A DNA stretch of 64,000 nucleotides from Camelus dromedarius (GCF_036321535.1 NC_087447.1:47246001-47310000), one strand, 5' to 3'; counted from the stretch's first letter, positions 1-13,668 are shown. The notes: generated by a model from the sequence alone, not told the origin. Numbers and translations: made by a program.

Positions 1-779
1 ATGTGACTCACCAGGTACATGCTGGTAATGGCTACACTGGGGCATGGTTCAGCTCTGTGGGTCTCCATTTTCCCTGTCCTGGGGAAATCCATAGGGAAGA
101 GTTGAGATGAAAGGATCTTCCTAATGGAATGAATGCAACCTAAATCACATTGGCCTGAGAATGACCAGGGATCAGATATTTTACAGGATCCTCTCCATTC
201 CACTCCACACCACTCTTCCATTCCACCTCCACCGCTCCTGAACATTCCACCTGAATCTACTAGCACTGGGCTCTCTTTCCCAAAGCCTTCCTCTCAGAAG
301 AGGGGAACTTATCCTTCATTGGCTTATTTCATTTAAGATTCATTTATAGTCTGATACCCATTTTTCTCAATGATTTAATTTTGCTTAGGAACACCAGTGT
401 AATAATTTAGAATATACTTCTGGCTATATCACGTTGAATAATGCAAAATGACTTTGCATTCTTGATATGCTCTGAGCCAAAACATACTCATTATTTAGAT
501 TCTGGACATGGCCTCTATATTAAGGAAGAGGAAAACCATCTGAAGAAAAGATTCCCATACATAGGATAAAACTGGCTCCACCTTTTAAATACAAGCCCTC
601 AAGTTTAGGCGACTACAAACAGAACTTTATGAAATATTCTTACCCTAAGTAAAGTGGGTATTTGCCACAGAGAGCTCCTACTGTTTACCTGTGGTTGTTA
701 TTTGTCATATTGTGGGTACTTAATAGATGTTTGCTGGATCATTGAGTACTGGGTTAGAACTGTTTAAATACATTTTTCT

Positions 780-2186
780 TTTTGTGTGCCTGTTGGCCAT
801 CTGCATGTCCTCTTTGGAAAAATATCTCTTCGGGTCTTCTGCCCATTACTAAATTGGGCTTTTTAAGTATTTGGATGTTGAGTTATATGAGCTGTTTGTT
901 ATTTTGGATTTAACCTTTTATCAGTCATAAAATTTGCAAATATCTTCTCCCATTTAGTAGGTTGTCGTTTTGTTTTTTCAATAGTTTCCTTTGCTGTGCA
1001 AAAGCTTTTAGGTTTAATTAGGTTCCATTTGTTTATTTTTGCTTTTATTTCCTTTACTTTAGAAGACGGATCCAAAGGAATATTGCTGCGATTTATTTCA
1101 AAGAGTGTTCTGCCTGTTTTCCTCTGGGAGTTTTATGGTTTCCAATCTTAATTTAGGTCTTTAATCCATTTTGAATTTATTTTTGTATATGGTGTTAGAG
1201 TGTTCTAAATTCATTTTCTATATGTCACTGCCCAGTTTTCCCAGCATCATTTATTGAAGAGACTGTCTTTTCTCCATTGTATATTCTTGTCTCTTTTATC
1301 ATAGATTAATTGACTACAAGTGTGTGGGTTTATTTCTGGACTCTTGATTCTGTTCCATTGATCTATATGTCTATGACCAAAAAGGGGTTAATATCCAAAG
1401 TATATAGATAGCTCACACAACTCAACATCAAAAAAATAAACAACCTGATTAAAAATGGGCAGAAGATCTGAATAGACATTTTTCCAAAGAGGAAATGAAG
1501 ATGGCCAACAGCCACATGAAAAGATCTTCAACATCACTAATCACCATGGAAATGCAAATCAAAACCACAATGAGATATCACCTCACACAAGTCAGAATGG
1601 CTATCATCAAAAAGAACACAAATAACAAATGTTGGGAAGGATGTGGAGAAAAGAGAAGCCTCGTACACTGCTGGTGGGAATGTAAATTGGTGCAGCCACT
1701 GTGGAAAACAGCACAGAGGTTTCTCAAAAAACTAAAAATAGAACAACTATATGACCAAGACATTTCACTCATGGGGATATACCCCCCACAAAACCTCCAG
1801 AACACTAATTCGAAAAGATATATACACCCCAATATTCATACCAGCATTATCTACAATTGCCAAGATATGGAAGCAACCTAAGTGTCCATCATAGTGAATA
1901 TAACAAAAAAGAAACATTCACAGATATAGAGAACAAATTAGTAGTTACAAGTGGGTAGAGGGGAGGGAAGAGGGGAAATATAGGGATAGGGATTAAGAGG
2001 TACAAACTACTATGTGTAAAATAAATAACCTATAAGGATACATATCCCTATAGCACAGGGAATATAGCCAATATTTACATTAACTCTAAGTGGAGTATAA
2101 CCTTTAAAAATTGTGACTTACTATATTGTACACCTGTAACTTATATAATATTGTACATCAACTAGACTTCAAAAAAAACAAAAAAT
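780..2186 (+). mobile_element. 5'-inverted (twin-primed) L1: inverted ORF2 segment 780-1371 plus sense ORF2 end/3'UTR/polyA 1372-2186
   Basis: ORF 1495-1881 is the L1 ORF2 C-terminus ([12 protein letters not shown]...CWEGCGEK...[15 protein letters not shown]). 780-1371 is ORF2 on the minus strand. TSD aaa(t/c)acatttttct at 766-779 and 2187-2200. Confidence 0.9.
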
Positions 2187-2524
2187 AAACACATTTTTCT
2201 CAGGGTAGGATTCATTCTGGAGACTAGAATAGCACTCATTATGCTGTAACAAACTATAAGGAAACAAGGAGGGGGTGTAAGAAGCTAAAAAAAAATAGGA
2301 GAAATCTGTTGTAGAATGATTGGAAAAGGGGAAGGAACAATCATTAAAGTTTATCTACTTCTTAGTTCTATCTGAAGCTGACTCTGGTTCTGAATTCATT
2401 TAAAAGGCCACTGTACAGGATGCTTATGGTACATTATTTTTAACAGTGGAAAACCAGAAACAGCATGAACATCTAACACTAGAAAAACAGTAACTGGATA
2501 GACTAATAATGCAGTCTCTGTAAA

Positions 2525-2960
2525 ACTAGACTTTATTTTTCAGAACAGTTTTAGATTGACAGGAGAATTGAGAAGATGATACAGAAAGTTCCCATATACC
2601 CCATATCCAGTTTCCTATATTACTGATTTCTTTCATTACTATGGTGTATATGTTAAAATTAATGAATTAGTACCTTATTATTGTTTTGTTGTTTTTTGTT
2701 TGGGGGGAGGTAATTAGGTCTTTACTTATTTTGATGGGGTACTGGGGATTGAACCCAGGACCTTGTGCATGCTAGCTTCACACTTCACCACTCAGCTATT
2801 CCCTACCCGCCACTGATACCTTATTATTAACTAAAGTCCATACTTCACTCAGATTTCCTTAGGTTTTGCCTGATGTCCTTTATCTGCTCCCAAATCCAAT
2901 CTTGAATACCACATTACATTTACATGTCTCCTTAGGCTCTTTTTGATTGTGATGGTAGTT
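2525..2960 (-). mobile_element. Old L1M 3'UTR fragment interrupted by a SINE
   Basis: Resembles an L1MC/MD-type 3' end (ttagattgacaggagaattgagaag...cccatataccc); recognised by eye. Confidence 0.6.
2683..2812 (-). mobile_element. tRNA-derived camelid SINE (Vic-1 type)
   Basis: Reverse complement of the tagctcagtggtagag...ggtcctgggttcaatccccagtacc head. TSD taccttattatt on both sides. Confidence 0.9.
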
Positions 2961-3407
2961 TTAGTGTAATTTTTAGTGATGAATATATTTTTAAAATGTT
3001 AGTGTACATGGTAATAACGACTAAAAAGAAACACAAGGAAATAAAAATACTGTGTTGAGGTGCTAAGGTTATAGATGAAATTTACGTATTTCTTTTCTTT
3101 AAAAGCCTCTTCTAATGTTGATTCAACTATGAATTCTAAACTCTCTCCCTTTACCTCTATCACATTTTATACAGTTTTTAACTCACAAATAAACAGCCTA
3201 CAGACGTCAACTCCAAAAAAGCTGATGGGGATGCACAAGCAGGCCTCAGGAGCTTCATGTGAAGTTAGGTTGGATGCTCTAAACTGTGAGTACAGTGACA
3301 TTTCTTCTGAGCTCTTCCTCTCCTCCCCTGACCCATCATTTTGAGGCTGAAATAAAGTAGGTATCTGGTGCCTCAGGTGTAGAAAGGGAAGCTCCTTCTC
3401 AATTTCT

Positions 3408-3544
3408 TTTTCCTTCTTTTTTTGGGGGGGTGGCGGGAGGAAGAGGTAATTAGGTTTATTTATTTAACGGAGGTACTGGGGACTGAACCAAGGACCTTGT
3501 GCATGCTAGGCATGCACTCTACTACTGAGCTACACCCTCCCCCA
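3408..3544 (-). mobile_element. tRNA-derived camelid SINE (Vic-1 type)
   Basis: A/B-box tRNA head on the minus strand. TSD ttctcaatttct. Confidence 0.9.
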
Positions 3545-3859
3545 GCTTCTCAATTTCTGAGCCTAGGACAGAGTCTTTAATAGACTGAGAGGAGAGATTC
3601 TTTGATCTAGTTGGGGAATAAGCACCATGTGGTTGTTTATTTCCCTATTTTTCTTTTTTCTCTTCCCCAGGGATCCACCGTTTCCCCTTTCTTCAGCAAC
3701 CAAGCACTACTCCCTCCCAGTATAGAACTAATTCATATCCCTCATATGCCCAGACTCTGCTGGCATATTCTGCTACCCATAAGAGGAAAAAGGATACAAA
3801 GAAGAAGGGAGAACAGAGCCGACTTTTTGGAATTTAAAAGGTTTTGAAGCCATTTTGCA

Positions 3860-4060
3860 GAAGTGGAAGGCGTTGCTGGCAGAGAGTGGTCAGATACTCA
3901 TCAACTTCCTGGGAACACATCTGGAGTGCATTTCCTAGCCTCCCTTGCAGGTGCATGTGGTCATATGACTGAGTTCTAGCCAGAGGAATTTGGGCAGAAG
4001 TGGGCATGCCACTTCAAGTTCTGGCCCATAAATCTTCTCATGTTCACCCAGCCTACCCCC
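3860..4060 (+). mobile_element. MaLR (MLT1-like) LTR fragment
   Basis: cccttgcaggtgcatgtggtcatatgactgagttctagccagagg...gcagaagtg motif typical of MLT1 LTRs. Confidence 0.55.
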
Positions 4061-5339
4061 TAGATGCTCAGCATACATGCCTGTCTTCTCACATACAGTC
4101 CCAAGTGCCCTCATGGACATAATCCACACACCACCTCAAACTCACTAGTGAGCGACAATACAGTTACATGTAACTTCTGCATCCAGCTTCAAGTCCAAGA
4201 TCTCTGGGTACAACCTGCATCAAGTGTGGATATTGTTTCTTACGATCCAACAATTCCTGGGCTAAGTAGTAAAGGCCCGCCACTTCCATCCAACTGTTCC
4301 ACAAATGTTATGTCTGTCACTAGCAACACCATTTCTGCTTTTGATTTCTGTATTATCAGGCCTCTTAGGTGACAGAAAGCCAAGGTGTTCGGCAAAGTGA
4401 GATAATGCTAAGGCCAAAGGAGAATTGAGGCAGTCTCTGTGGGTTGCAGCATCTGTAGCATTTAAATCTAGGATGGGGGTTTGGGGGGAGTGATAGTCTG
4501 CCACATGGTCTGAGAAATAGAGAAAGCTGGCTGGACTGCTGACAGAAATGAATGGAGAGGTCTTGTGGCTTTCAAATTCCCCTCCTGAAGTCTGTCTGTA
4601 CTTTCCCCTTGGCTTCTGGGAGAAACATTTGTGTTTTTATAATAATTTACTCCCTCCTTTCTATTCCCCAATTTGTTTTGGCTTAACTAACTTGAATTTA
4701 TTTTCATAACTTGTAATTAAAGAGTTCTAACTAAATATAATGAAGCAAAGCTTAGAAACACAAAATGAAGGAGGCATCTGCTGATGATTAAGTTTTATCT
4801 ACTTCTTTGACTCAAAAGAGTGGATTCCAAGCTCACATATTCTAAACTCTTCAATGATTGCCAGTTTTCTTTCCACCAGAGTATGATAATTATCTTTCAG
4901 AAATTCCCCGATGGAAATTCATATAGGAATAATATATTTAATTGATACCTCATTAAGTTTAGAGATCCCTGCTAGAAAGAAAATTTTTGCTAACTCCTGA
5001 ATCAGAGTTTTAGGTAAAAAGTCCTCACCATTATTCATTCATAACATCCTCATTCTTACCTCAAAGGGCTGAGCTTCTGGAATATTCATTTTATAGTAGA
5101 TATAGATAGTACTGACGGGGTGGAATCTGACACTAAGTCAAATGAAGAAGCAACTGGAGTAGTGAAGGGGAAAAATTTTTTCCTAGGTCACGGCAAAGAG
5201 AAAGAGAATGTGCTTGAGGGATGCGTAACAACAAATTGAGATTTAACAACTGAGTTGGTGTGAGACGTGAGGGAGAGGCATGAGTCAATGAGAAGCCAAG
5301 ACTCCATCTGTAGCATTTCCATTGTGTTACTATATAATT

Positions 5340-5960
5340 AAAATTGAGTTGCATCACTCTTTACCCTTCATATTGGCAAAAATCAGAAAGCTAATTAATG
5401 CTAAGTATTATTGGGGATATAGAAATATAGGGATACTTACACATTGCCAGTTGAGAACAGATTGGTGCAGACGTTCTGGAACCCAACCTGGCAGGACAAA
5501 GTAAAAATAAGATGACATGTGCTTTATTATTCAATTATTTCCCTCCTATATCCAAGGGATATTTTCACACATGTTCAAAGGAGAGATATATGAGGGTTCT
5601 CACTGCAAGTTTTTCCTTTAAAAATTGATGAGTTGGAGGCAATCTACTTACCCATCACTGCAGGACTGAACAGGTAAAATGTGAAGGATGCACCCAATGG
5701 AATGTTATCTGTCAGTTAAAAGCAACAAACCGGATGTACATCCAGCACCATGGCTAGATCTTAGAACCACAGTGCACCATAAAGAAGTAGTGAGGTATAG
5801 CACAAGACCATTTATATAAGTTAAAAATGCACTTACATAATACATTTTACAAGAAACACACAAATAAAAGTATACACATCAAATATATTAGAGTGGTTGC
5901 CTATTTGAGAGAAGAATGGAAGTGATAAATGGGAATAAAAGGGAATAAATAAGTAAATAA
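5340..5960 (+). mobile_element. Ancient L1ME-type ORF2 end/3'UTR fragment
   Basis: Degenerate L1 3' motifs (attggcaaaaatcagaaag...atacttacacattgccag). Confidence 0.6.
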
Positions 5961-7453
5961 AAGAAGGGAGAGGCTTTGAGTGGACCAGTGATGACAGGGC
6001 CATGAACTAAGGAGTATGATGGACCCAAACCCAAGATGAAAAAAGACTTCAGTAAAAGAGATTAAGTATCTCACAGATGTCACTGAGAGTTGAGGAACCC
6101 CTTCCTCTGAAGGCATGCTCTGATAAAAAGAAACACACACAGCAGAAAGGAAGACAGAAGCCTTACATATCAAGATGTGCTTGACCACGTGAATGTCTGC
6201 AAAGCTCAAGTGATGAGCATGATAACAGTTATTAGGTCAAGACAGAGGAGGGAGGCAGAAGGCATGGTGGGAATAGGATTCAAATTTCCTGGCTGGACAA
6301 AGGAAATGGATAACGTGTCCCTAAAATATACCAAAGTAGTCATACTTGTGAGCAAAACTAATCTAAGTTGAGAGACTCTGGAGGCTAAGGAGAGACATCA
6401 ACAACAAGATGTGGGTAATAAAGTGAACCAAAAACTGACCATCTAATTCATCTTGAAAGTAAAAGTATATCTTTTTTTCAAGATTATAAAGGACCAGCGC
6501 TCCCAAGAAATCAGTTACCTAGAAGCTCTAAAGAATTTACGGTGTCTATAAATAAGAAACTAGAGTCCAAGGGAAACTAAGTCCTCTGAAAATTAGAATT
6601 TAGGAGAAGGTGAGGAATAGTTGAGGGCTGGGTAGGTGGAGTAGCTGGAGGTGGGGGTGGGAGTGAAGAACCAAATTCTATACTTGGCAAGAAGTATTCC
6701 ATGTGGGGATGTAATCTCCCTTTAGAAAGTCTAAAATTTAACCATACCACATAATTATCCCCTGAAGGGCTCTGCTCTGAGGTTACTTGAACCTCAGATG
6801 GTCCTTTGTCAAAATGGTGAGACCCAGGGCAGTTGATGAGCAGGAATATTCTATTTTCCCACCTTTCTCTGATCACCCATTCAAATTCCCCTGTGTCAAC
6901 TACCTCCCTTCCTCCTTTAGTTAGCTTTTTATTAGAAATAAAAACCATGCAGTCAAGTCATTAAAATAGATGCTCTTGATGAGGGGTAATTTATAGAAGA
7001 TGGTCATAGTTCTTTTATTTCCCATGTACATTTAGGCTCTGATGAAACATTCTGTTACACTTCTAATGACTAAGTTTTATTGAGTTCAGCATGATGGGTG
7101 TGGGTCTGGAACAGGGCAACCAGACTTCAGGATGAGAAAAAAATTATTGAGAGTAGGAATCTATCTCACTCATCTTTGTAATTCCCTGAGCTTGGTCTGA
7201 CATATAGCACACAGAAGGTGTCAAAGCAGTGATGGCGTGTCAGTGAGCGTCGAGCCAGAAGTGCTTAACTACCTCATGCCTAAGGTCAGGATTCACCCTA
7301 CTGCCTGGCGTAGGGCTTAAAATGCAGGTGAGGGGAGGTTGGTTGTGGACAGGGGCTGCAAAAGCTAGAATCAGGAAGGTTTTTCCAGCTATGGGATGTA
7401 GAAGATGGCTAATGACTACTAACTATAGATAATATCTATAATCAAGATGTTTA

Positions 7454-7588
7454 CTGGGGGAGAGGATATAGCTCAGCAGTAGAGTACATGCTTAGTATGC
7501 ACAAGATCCTGGGTTCAATCCCCAGTACCTCTGTTAAAAAATAAATAAATAAAAATATTAAACCTAATTATCTCCCCCACCAAAGAAA
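7454..7588 (+). mobile_element. tRNA-derived camelid SINE (Vic-1 type, long-tail variant)
   Basis: tatagctcagcagtagag...ctgggttcaatccccagtacctc, A-rich tail with aacctaattatctccccc. TSD aagatgttta. Confidence 0.92.
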
Positions 7589-7720
7589 AAGATGTTTATA
7601 AAAAAATTCTTGAAAAACAAGAAATGGGTTTGAATAGGTGCTAGAATATTATGTAGCAGTTAAAATGATGACTATGTAAAAACTGTATATGCATATTAAT
7701 GAATTAAAAATAGTTTCTGT

Positions 7721-7858
7721 GGGGGGAGGGAAGGTACAGCTCAAGTGGTAGAGTGCATGCTCAGCATGCACAAGGTCCTGGGTTCAATTCCCAGTACCCT
7801 CTCCAAAAAATAAACAAATAAGTAAACCTAATTACCACTGCCCCTTCCCCCCAAAATT
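7721..7858 (+). mobile_element. tRNA-derived camelid SINE (Vic-1 type, long-tail variant)
   Basis: Same head and tail. TSD tagtttctgtg. Confidence 0.92.
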
Positions 7859-8849
7859 TAAAGTAGTTTCTGTGATAAAGGGAATTTAGATGAAATTTTA
7901 AATTAATTTTATGAATTTTTAAAATGTTATAAATTGTCATTTTAAACATTTAGAAGAAAAAAAATCCATTGAACTTTTCGAGCTGTACCTAGTCAGTGAA
8001 CAGATATTAACTGGAAAATACACATAGGAACTCACATTCAGGACTGCTACCCACTTTAGATTTTACCACTTGCTCTGAACAGTGGGTAGACTATTTCCAC
8101 TCCATATTTCACCTTCTTCTTCTATATGACTTTGAAGATGAAATGAAGTGGGCATTTGGCATGTCAAGTTTAGACAGGGATCTTGTTCCAGTGTCTTGGA
8201 AGTTAGGTGGAGAATATTTTGCAGGCCCCCAGGAAGAAGTATCTAGGGACAATTGTAGCACAAACAATATATCATCTTCAATATCCTGTTTTTCTCTGTC
8301 TCTTCCCCCAATTGGTCCTGGACCACCTACTTTCTCCTTTCCTTTAGTCACAAAACACATCAATGAGTACAAATGGATACTTGGGAAACTGCTGATCAGA
8401 CTCTGCTGGAAAGCTCTATTCACATAAGTTCAGGATGGCTCTAGAGGAAAGGATGCTCAGAATAGGCAAGGCTGTCATGGTACTGTTGCTCAGTTTGTGC
8501 ACTGCCTAAAAATGCCTGAGTTGGTGAGCAAGGGTTGAAGTCCAGTTCTTATTTCACCTCCCATTCTCCAAGCTGTATTCACTTGTAGGAGCTGCTTCAG
8601 AAGGAGCACCATTTTCTTTACAGAGCTGTGGCCCCAGGGGCTGCATCTGCTCAGAGGAGGGCACTTTATCTAACTTGTCCATGTAGGAGTCTCCTTCACT
8701 CATTTAAGGCACATAATCTTAACTAATCTGAGAGTGGTTTAGTGTTACTCAGAGAAGGCTTCCTGGGAGAGAAGGCTTTCCAGACAATTGTGAAGGAAGA
8801 AAAGAAGTTGATTTTTTTTTTTTTTTTTTTGGAGAGAAACTGGGAGTGC

Positions 8850-9315
8850 ACAGTTATTCAGAGCAGGGACGAGAGATGACAGACCCTCTTAGTGCCTTGC
8901 CTGTGCCTCCCTCAGACTCTGCCATCTCTGTATCTGATGCATCTCTGTACCTGAAGGCTGTTCCAGCAGAAAGCTGTCTTGCTCACCCAAACTCAGCATG
9001 CAGGATGGGCTGCAGTAATGAACACTCCCTGGATCAGCCTCAGCCAAAGACTGAAGAGTAAAATACGCCGGTTCCCCTATCTCTCCGTGAGATGATTTTG
9101 AGATATGCTTTGTGCCCTTTTCCAGAATCTTCCTGTGGAATTAAGCTCCAGTTGGCCTTTGTGGCAGATGGCTTAGTAACACACCCTTTCTTGGCTGTGT
9201 TCCGTTCCTTGTTGTCACTTTCCTAACTCCCCTGCAGATGTCCCTTCCACCTCCCAAATAAACTCCCTACACTGGAATCTTGCAGTCAGTTTCTGAGGGA
9301 ACCCACACTAAGACA
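8850..9315 (+). mobile_element. ERVL-class solo LTR (LTR16-like)
   Basis: Ends aataaactccctacactggaatc...ttctgagggaacccacactaagaca. 5' boundary is uncertain. Confidence 0.65.
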
Positions 9316-10534
9316 TCGTTTGGCTGGAACAGAGACTGTTATGGGATTAAGGGGGAAAGAAGACACATGGGTGGGGCAGTGGTGGTGGGGTACTTTGTTT
9401 AAAGACTTAGATACCAGATTGAGAGTTTAGACTTGAATTAGGAGACCATTCACGTGCTGGGTGATATATGAATATTTTTCTTACAATTTATTATTTTCAC
9501 ATTTGATGTATTAATTTCTAGATTTCTACAAATTTTGCATTTGCTATTGACTTCTAGCTAATAAAATCTTGCCTGAAGCTAGAGACTGCAGTCTTCTTAC
9601 CTATTAGTTGCCAGTAAAAAGAAACTCTAGAGAGAAAATGTAATTAAGGTGTAAGAAGAAATTCAGGGCTATGAAGCCATTCTCAAGACCTTGTTAGAGA
9701 AAGATGAAGGCTGAGAATAGTCACAAGACTACAGCTCTCATGAGAGGATTTTTAATTGTATCCATCCTGTTCAATATTTTATAGCCTTTTGAAAAAGACT
9801 TTGTAAGGTTATCTGCAGTCTCCTTAAAAACACTGGGTCTCAAAATTTTAATATTATTTCCTCTGGTAGGAAACTTTGAATCTCAAAGCATTGCATAATA
9901 ATTGGTTGTCATGGGAAACTGCATGACTGTGACTGGTGCCTGTAATTCCTAAAGATATATAAATAGCTTAAAGCCCTTTGTTCTGTAGAAAAGTCTCAAA
10001 ATTCTCTACTGACTCTTCTCATTTAGGCTCAGGATAAAATTAATAAAGTCAGTGACTCTGGCAGGCTCTTTGTCCTGAACAATATATTTGAGAGGTTTAA
10101 ATTAGAAACTTGGCAAATCTTTCATATTCTCCCTGCCTTGTAGACTTAAAAACTAGGATCAGTCTTTCATAGAGGTACGTCCCTCTGCCACCCAAGTTCA
10201 GAAACCTGGAATCATTTTTTTATATGTGGACTCTTAGTAACCAAACTCCCTGAGAGGGCCTTTTAAAGAAAACAACAGAATACCAGTTTGTTAACTCACA
10301 CTGGAACTCTTTCTGCAGAGGGAACAGAATACTCATAGTCTCTGACCAAAGCACATTTGCCTCATAGGTAGGCCACTCAAGGAGTCAAATTAAAATCAGA
10401 AGTTTGTTTGCAGTGCATGAAGCCAAAACAAAAGGAATTTGATAGTTCGAGTGCTCAGTGGCTTCAGGCTAACTTAGGATGATACTCTTACCCTGTTCTC
10501 GGGACCAGGACATTTGATGGATTGTTTGGTCAAG

Positions 10535-10623
10535 TCCTCTCTCCCACGGGTGATATTTGGATGCACACTGATAGTGTGTGCCTTGGGATTCTGTTTTTTT
10601 CTATACTCATGCCTAACCAATAA
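10535..10623 (+). pseudogene. Candidate signal-peptide exon of the degenerate ART2-like paralog (copy A)
   Basis: ATG 10561 reads MHTDSVCLGILFFSILMPNQ*. Context tccca..tga..ggatg.ca.ctg..cttgg..ttttt..cta.act..tg(c/t)ctaa aligns by eye with 48390-48467. Splice donor is lost. Confidence 0.5.
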
Positions 10624-10689
10624 ACCCCCTTCTGATGGACACCTTCTTTCTTTAATTTTTAATACACTGAATCAATCCAGAAAGGTATG

Positions 10690-10850
10690 AGTTCTTAACT
10701 ATGGGTTTACGACTGGGATAACTAGGGGCTCCTGAGTACCTGAAAATTGACTGCGTATTTTGTGTCCATGTACATTTTCTCTACAGGGGATTCATAGCTT
10801 TTATCAGATTTTCAAAGTGATTTGTCATCCAAACAAGGTTAAGGATAAGC
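10690..10850. mobile_element. hAT-Charlie-type MITE fragment
   Basis: cttaac...atagcttttatcagattttcaaag...aaggttaag pattern with terminal inverted motif. Confidence 0.5.
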
Positions 10851-11279
10851 GATATAAACAAAGTCAAGTCCTACCAGCCTGGGTACTACCTCTCCTTAGA
10901 ATGATTTTTTTTATGTTTCTGCTCTGATTCACTATGTGCTGTTTTAAAGTGCTCACTCCTCTGGGGCTCCTTATTTCTCTTTTTCTATGTTTAAGGGGAA
11001 AGAGTTTCTCAGTGTAACCATGAAAGTTTTGATAGCTGGAGAGAAATGGAAGGATATTCTATACGGAGTGATCAGTGTGAACCAAAAGAGAAGTGTCCTG
11101 TCCAACAAGAGTTTAGTTGTGTGTGTGTGTGTTTTTTAAATCCCAATTTACCCTATGCTATTTTGAAAGTTCTAAATGGATTTCTTTTAGTGGTTAGCCT
11201 GTATGTAGGTCAGAATGTGTAGAGATTGTTGCATTAAAGCTGGAAAAACTGGAAAGCAGGGTAGAAGTGGATTCTAAGT

Positions 11280-13285
11280 ACATTAGACTGAAAAGGATGA
11301 AATGTAAGTTTGAACAGGCATGAAATTATCAACAGAGGTGTATCTATATGGATTCAGGCTACAGTGTTTAACCTGAGCACCCATAATTGGCTTTAACAGC
11401 TTGCGTGGCTAGTTTACTAAAGCCTGTACTCAGATGGCCTACAGATAATGAGGTGTCAAAGGGCCAAAACTTCAGAGAGACAGGATCTTGGATTGGACCT
11501 AAATGTACAGTTTCCCCAGCCACATCCATCCACAAGCCAGGGAAGGTCCAGAGGACGCTCCATTTACCACAGCATAAGAAATGCACAGGTGATGAAAGCA
11601 CCTGAGAAAAGCAATGCCAAAGATGGCAGTGGGAGATCCCGCCTTACAACTGGGCTTTCTGATTTCAGTGGGACTAACAGGATTCTGGATTGGCAGAGGC
11701 TAGGTAGTGGCTCTTTACTTCAGAGTCAAGGTGGGTGAATTACCCTAATACGCTCCAGGGAGAGAAAGGCTGACAGGCCTAGAGGTCCTTGACTGAAGGG
11801 AAGGCTGGGTCCCTTTAAGGAAGGGCCCAGCAATATGGCCAGAAGTCTCCCCACAGAAAGACCTGCAGCCAATTACTAAAATGACTATGTATTGGGAAGG
11901 AAAATGCCCAAAACTTTTGGGAGCTATTACATACTGGTTCTGAGTTGATGCTAATCATTGAGGGTACAAAATGCCACCCTGTTCTACTGATGAGAATGAG
12001 GGCTTATGAAAGTCATGTGATTAATGGAGTCTTGGCCTCAGTCCATCTGCACAGTAGATCCAATGAATTCCCCCAGTTCTTGAATATAGAGTTAAAGTAG
12101 ACATTTAGTAACTGGCTGAATTCCTCTATTGGATACCTGACCCACTGCTTTACTGTCACTTCTTCAACCTACCCCTACGGCCTCTATGACAAGGATGGTC
12201 TGGAGAAGAGATATAGAGATAAGCCTCTTGGAATGGGCGTAATGTGAAGACAATCATGTCCCACAAAAATGCTCAGTAGAGGGTATCTCTTGTATATTGA
12301 GTCACTCAATAATAGGTGGATAAGATGACTAGTCATGTAGATGTCGGTTGGCCTCTTTCCCTAGCCACTCCAGTGGTTGCTCAATGGACCAAGTACAAAG
12401 TGGCGTGGTATCAGGGATGGGTGCCATGCACAAGCTTAACCACATGGATTTAGCTCACCAGAGCTAATTTGGCTACCACCATTAGTGAGTGCCAACAGCG
12501 GAAGCCATTTTTGAGCCCCCAATATGGCACCATTCCCTGGGGAGACCAAGCAGCCAACTGGTGATGAGCTGATTTCATAAGAACCCTCCCTTCATTGAGA
12601 AGAAAAGTGTCTTTATGGGAACAATTCTGTTTCCAGATTTTCATCCTTTTCTCCCAGTGCTTCCACCAGAATCATCATTCAAAGATTTACAAAGAATGTT
12701 TCTTTACTGCCATATCTCATGCAACATTTATTCTAAGAAGCTAATTTTATAATGAAAGGGATATGGCAATTGGCCCACACCATGGAATTCACTAGTTTTA
12801 GGACATATGTTTTCACCCATAAGTAGCTGGCCTTAAAGAACAGTGGAAGGCTCAGTTATGGTGACAGCAAAAAGACAGCGCCCTAACAAGTTGGGGAGAA
12901 AGCCTCCAGAAGCAGCATGTGCTTTAAACCAGCAACCCATATATGATGTTGTTTCCTCCATAGCTGAGACACATATGTACAGGAAAAAAGAGGGTAGAGG
13001 TAAAAGCGGCCCCTATAATGAGTATATCTAATAATCCAATTAAAGAATATTTGCTTCTTGTCCCCACAAATCTTTATCTTGGCAGGTTTAGAAATCTTAA
13101 TTCCTAAGTGAGAAAACACTTCCAACAGGAAACACAGCCATGGTCTCATACAATTAGAAGCTGAGACTGCTCAGTTGCCATTTTGGTCTCTTCATGTCAT
13201 TTACCCTACAGGCAGAGATGGGTTACTCTACTGGCTGGGATAACTCATCCCAATTGTTAAGGGGTACTTGGGTTATTGGATGTTT
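11280..13285 (+). mobile_element. ERVL internal remnant (gag end, protease, RNase H/integrase, dUTPase), heavily deleted
   Basis: About 11990-12060 resembles ERVL protease (..AY.SHVINGVLASVHL). 12240-12600 resembles RNase H and integrase (VVAQW, LSPQYGTIPWGDQAANW). 13130-13280 resembles dUTPase (KLRLLSCHFGLFM...GITHPNC.GVLGLL). Confidence 0.85.
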
Positions 13286-13289
13286 TAGG

Positions 13290-13668
13290 ACATCATGGTC
13301 CAAGGAAGCACCAAGGAGAAACTCTAATTCTGAGTCACCTCTGGTATACCAATTATTTTATTTTTAATTAACTGGACAATCCAGGGACATGTTGCCTAAC
13401 CTGAAATGGGGACAGAGATGGGGATTCCCTTTTTACCTTTGGTCTGGGGAAGGCCTATGAAAGGTCAACCTAGCCTGGGGATAAAAACAGAAAACTCAAT
13501 CTTTTTATGAGGCACCCAGGAAAAATATCAGAAGTAGAGAAACTCAGTTTATGATCACTACCTAAAATGGCAAAGACTTCTGATACAAAAGCAGTTCAGA
13601 AAGAGGGTCCCAGTAGGGAGAACTCAAAGCTCACAAAGAGGCTCACTATGAATTCTGAGTCCTCATCT
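13290..13668. mobile_element. Unclassified probable ERV internal/leader fragment
   Basis: Lies between ERVL and L1. Bounded by the short direct repeat aattctgagtc (about 13326 and 13651). Family not recognised. Confidence 0.3.

Noticed and set aside
499..657. AG|...ILDMAS...|GT segment resembling the ART N-terminal LDMA motif (possible third ART relic)
   Set aside because: No FDDxY, Cys or downstream ART motifs follow, all frames contain stops, and the flanks show no homology to copies A or B. Probably chance.
1495..1881. 128-aa ORF, and similar ORFs at 14150-15226, 15557, 19121, 24808 and 41798
   Set aside because: L1 ORF1/ORF2/3'UTR fragments, not host genes.
7454..7810. tRNA-like sequences with A and B boxes, here and at other SINE sites
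   Set aside because: They have A-rich tails and TSDs and lack a proper acceptor stem, so they are SINEs, not tRNA genes.
8109..8427. Overlapping opposite-strand ORFs of 104 and 94 aa in non-repeat DNA
   Set aside because: No recognisable protein similarity or convincing exon boundaries; the length is within chance expectation.
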